Sequence record: SRR31156797_208
Direction: 5' to 3' (one strand)
Length of the DNA: 64,000 bases
In this document: piece by piece, positions 63,121 to 64,000 of the stretch
How the letters are laid out: the number at the start of each line of letters is the position of its first letter
Position numbering within the stretch: the stretch's first letter is position 1
Notes under the pieces: model-generated
What the model saw: the letters and a program-made list of their open reading frames with translations, nothing else
The model's database searches: none
What the model was told of the DNA's origin: nothing
Translations under genes and position numbers: made by a program

Positions 63121-64000
63121 TTAATCTGAGGCCAGATGTAATTTGAATTTGGATTGAAAAATGCGGCTGTCCATCAAGGTCAAGTCCGGACTGATGGAGG
63201 GCATAAACGCCATCTGGTTTAGAATGTCCCTTTCAATATCGATTCCTGGTGCTGTTTCTACCAACTCGATACCATCGCGGGTAAGACGAAACACTGCCCG
63301 CTCAGTAATGTACAGCACCGGTTTATTCGCTTTTAAAGCCTGATTAGCGCTGAAAGTAATTTGCTCAACATGAGAAATAAACTTGCTTTGCTTACCTTCA
63401 GTGATGATTTGGAGCTGCCCGCCTTCGACCTGAACATTTAACCCTTGCGCGGTGAAAGTGCCGCAAAAATACACTTGCTTTGCGTTCTGGGTAATGTTGA
63501 TAAATCCACCACAGCCAGCGATTTTAGTGCCAAAGCGGGAGACGTTGATGTCGCCTTTAGCATCACACTGTGCAAGACCAAGAAACGCTTGATCCACACC
63601 ACCACCATCATAAAAATCGAACATTTGATCTTGGCCAATGATGGCATCCGGGAATGCAGAAGCACCAAAATCCAGTCCACTAGCTGGTGAGCCACCCACG
63701 GCCCCCGGTTCTACCGTTAATGTGAATTTATCGAGAATGCCCGCTTGCTGAGCGACTTTGGCTATATATTCAGGCGCGCCAATACCGAGGTTCAGAATTG
63801 AGTTGGCTGTTAATTCTTGCGCCGCTCTGCGGGCGATAATGGTTTTCGCATCGATCAACGGTTCTTCACACAAATCAGAAGCGCTGTGTTTTGAAGCTTT
63901 GCTACCACGACCAATAAATTCAGGATTCATTTGAGTCGCAAAGGTCTGCATATGTTCACTAAGATCATCACAGACCACTATCGCATCAACAAATATGCCC
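63121..64000 (-). CDS. Acyl-CoA:acetate/3-ketoacid CoA-transferase (YdiF/Pct-like), 5' end outside the window
   Basis: Frame open to the edge (GIFVDAIVV), NLGIGAPE, GCGGFINITQNAK, YITERAVF. Confidence 0.9.
   Translation of the reverse strand, partial: GIFVDAIVVCDDLSEHMQTFATQMNPEFIGRGSKASKHSASDLCEEPLIDAKTIIARRAAQELTANSILNLGIGAPEYIAKVAQQAGILDKFTLTVEPGAVGGSPASGLDFGASAFPDAIIGQDQMFDFYDGGGVDQAFLGLAQCDAKGDINVSRFGTKIAGCGGFINITQNAKQVYFCGTFTAQGLNVQVEGGQLQIITEGKQSKFISHVEQITFSANQALKANKPVLYITERAVFRLTRDGIELVETAPGIDIERDILNQMAFMPSISPDLTLMDSRIFQSKFKLHLASD

Overview
Chromosomal window of a gammaproteobacterium, probably a Vibrio (inferred from gene content and order, not from a search). Left end (1-8.8 kb): a type I secretion locus made of the 5' end of a VCBS/cadherin-like cargo, HlyD and two ABC exporters, one of which is split by a +1 frameshift in an A8 run; then a lone glgC and an exported intradiol-dioxygenase-like gene. 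9-20 kb: housekeeping block (queCE, Cof hydrolase, cysG-like, aapJQMP, yccA, tusE, acyP, rlmI). 20-27 kb: two diguanylate cyclases and katG. The main feature is a ~29 kb nitrogen-scavenging block (27.3-56.6 kb) with three parts. (i) A guanidine uptake and carboxylase operon (ABC, cgdAB, uca, atzF) with NtrC-like boxes, a sigma54 promoter, a guanidine-I riboswitch in the leader and a second, guanidine-II riboswitch inside the operon. (ii) An aguB-permease-aguA agmatine pathway with a LysR regulator. (iii) A RutR regulator and a DUF5718-like gene, divergent from a purine ABC transporter and xdhABC-uraD-uraH-guaD-puuD; there are three RutR boxes, two of which contain a sigma54 -24 element. Right end: an MCP with a duplicated sensor domain, an EAL-HDOD protein, def and a CoA-transferase/SDR/thiolase operon. 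No rRNA, tRNA, IS element or CRISPR array was seen. All calls come from reading motifs by eye; no searches were run.
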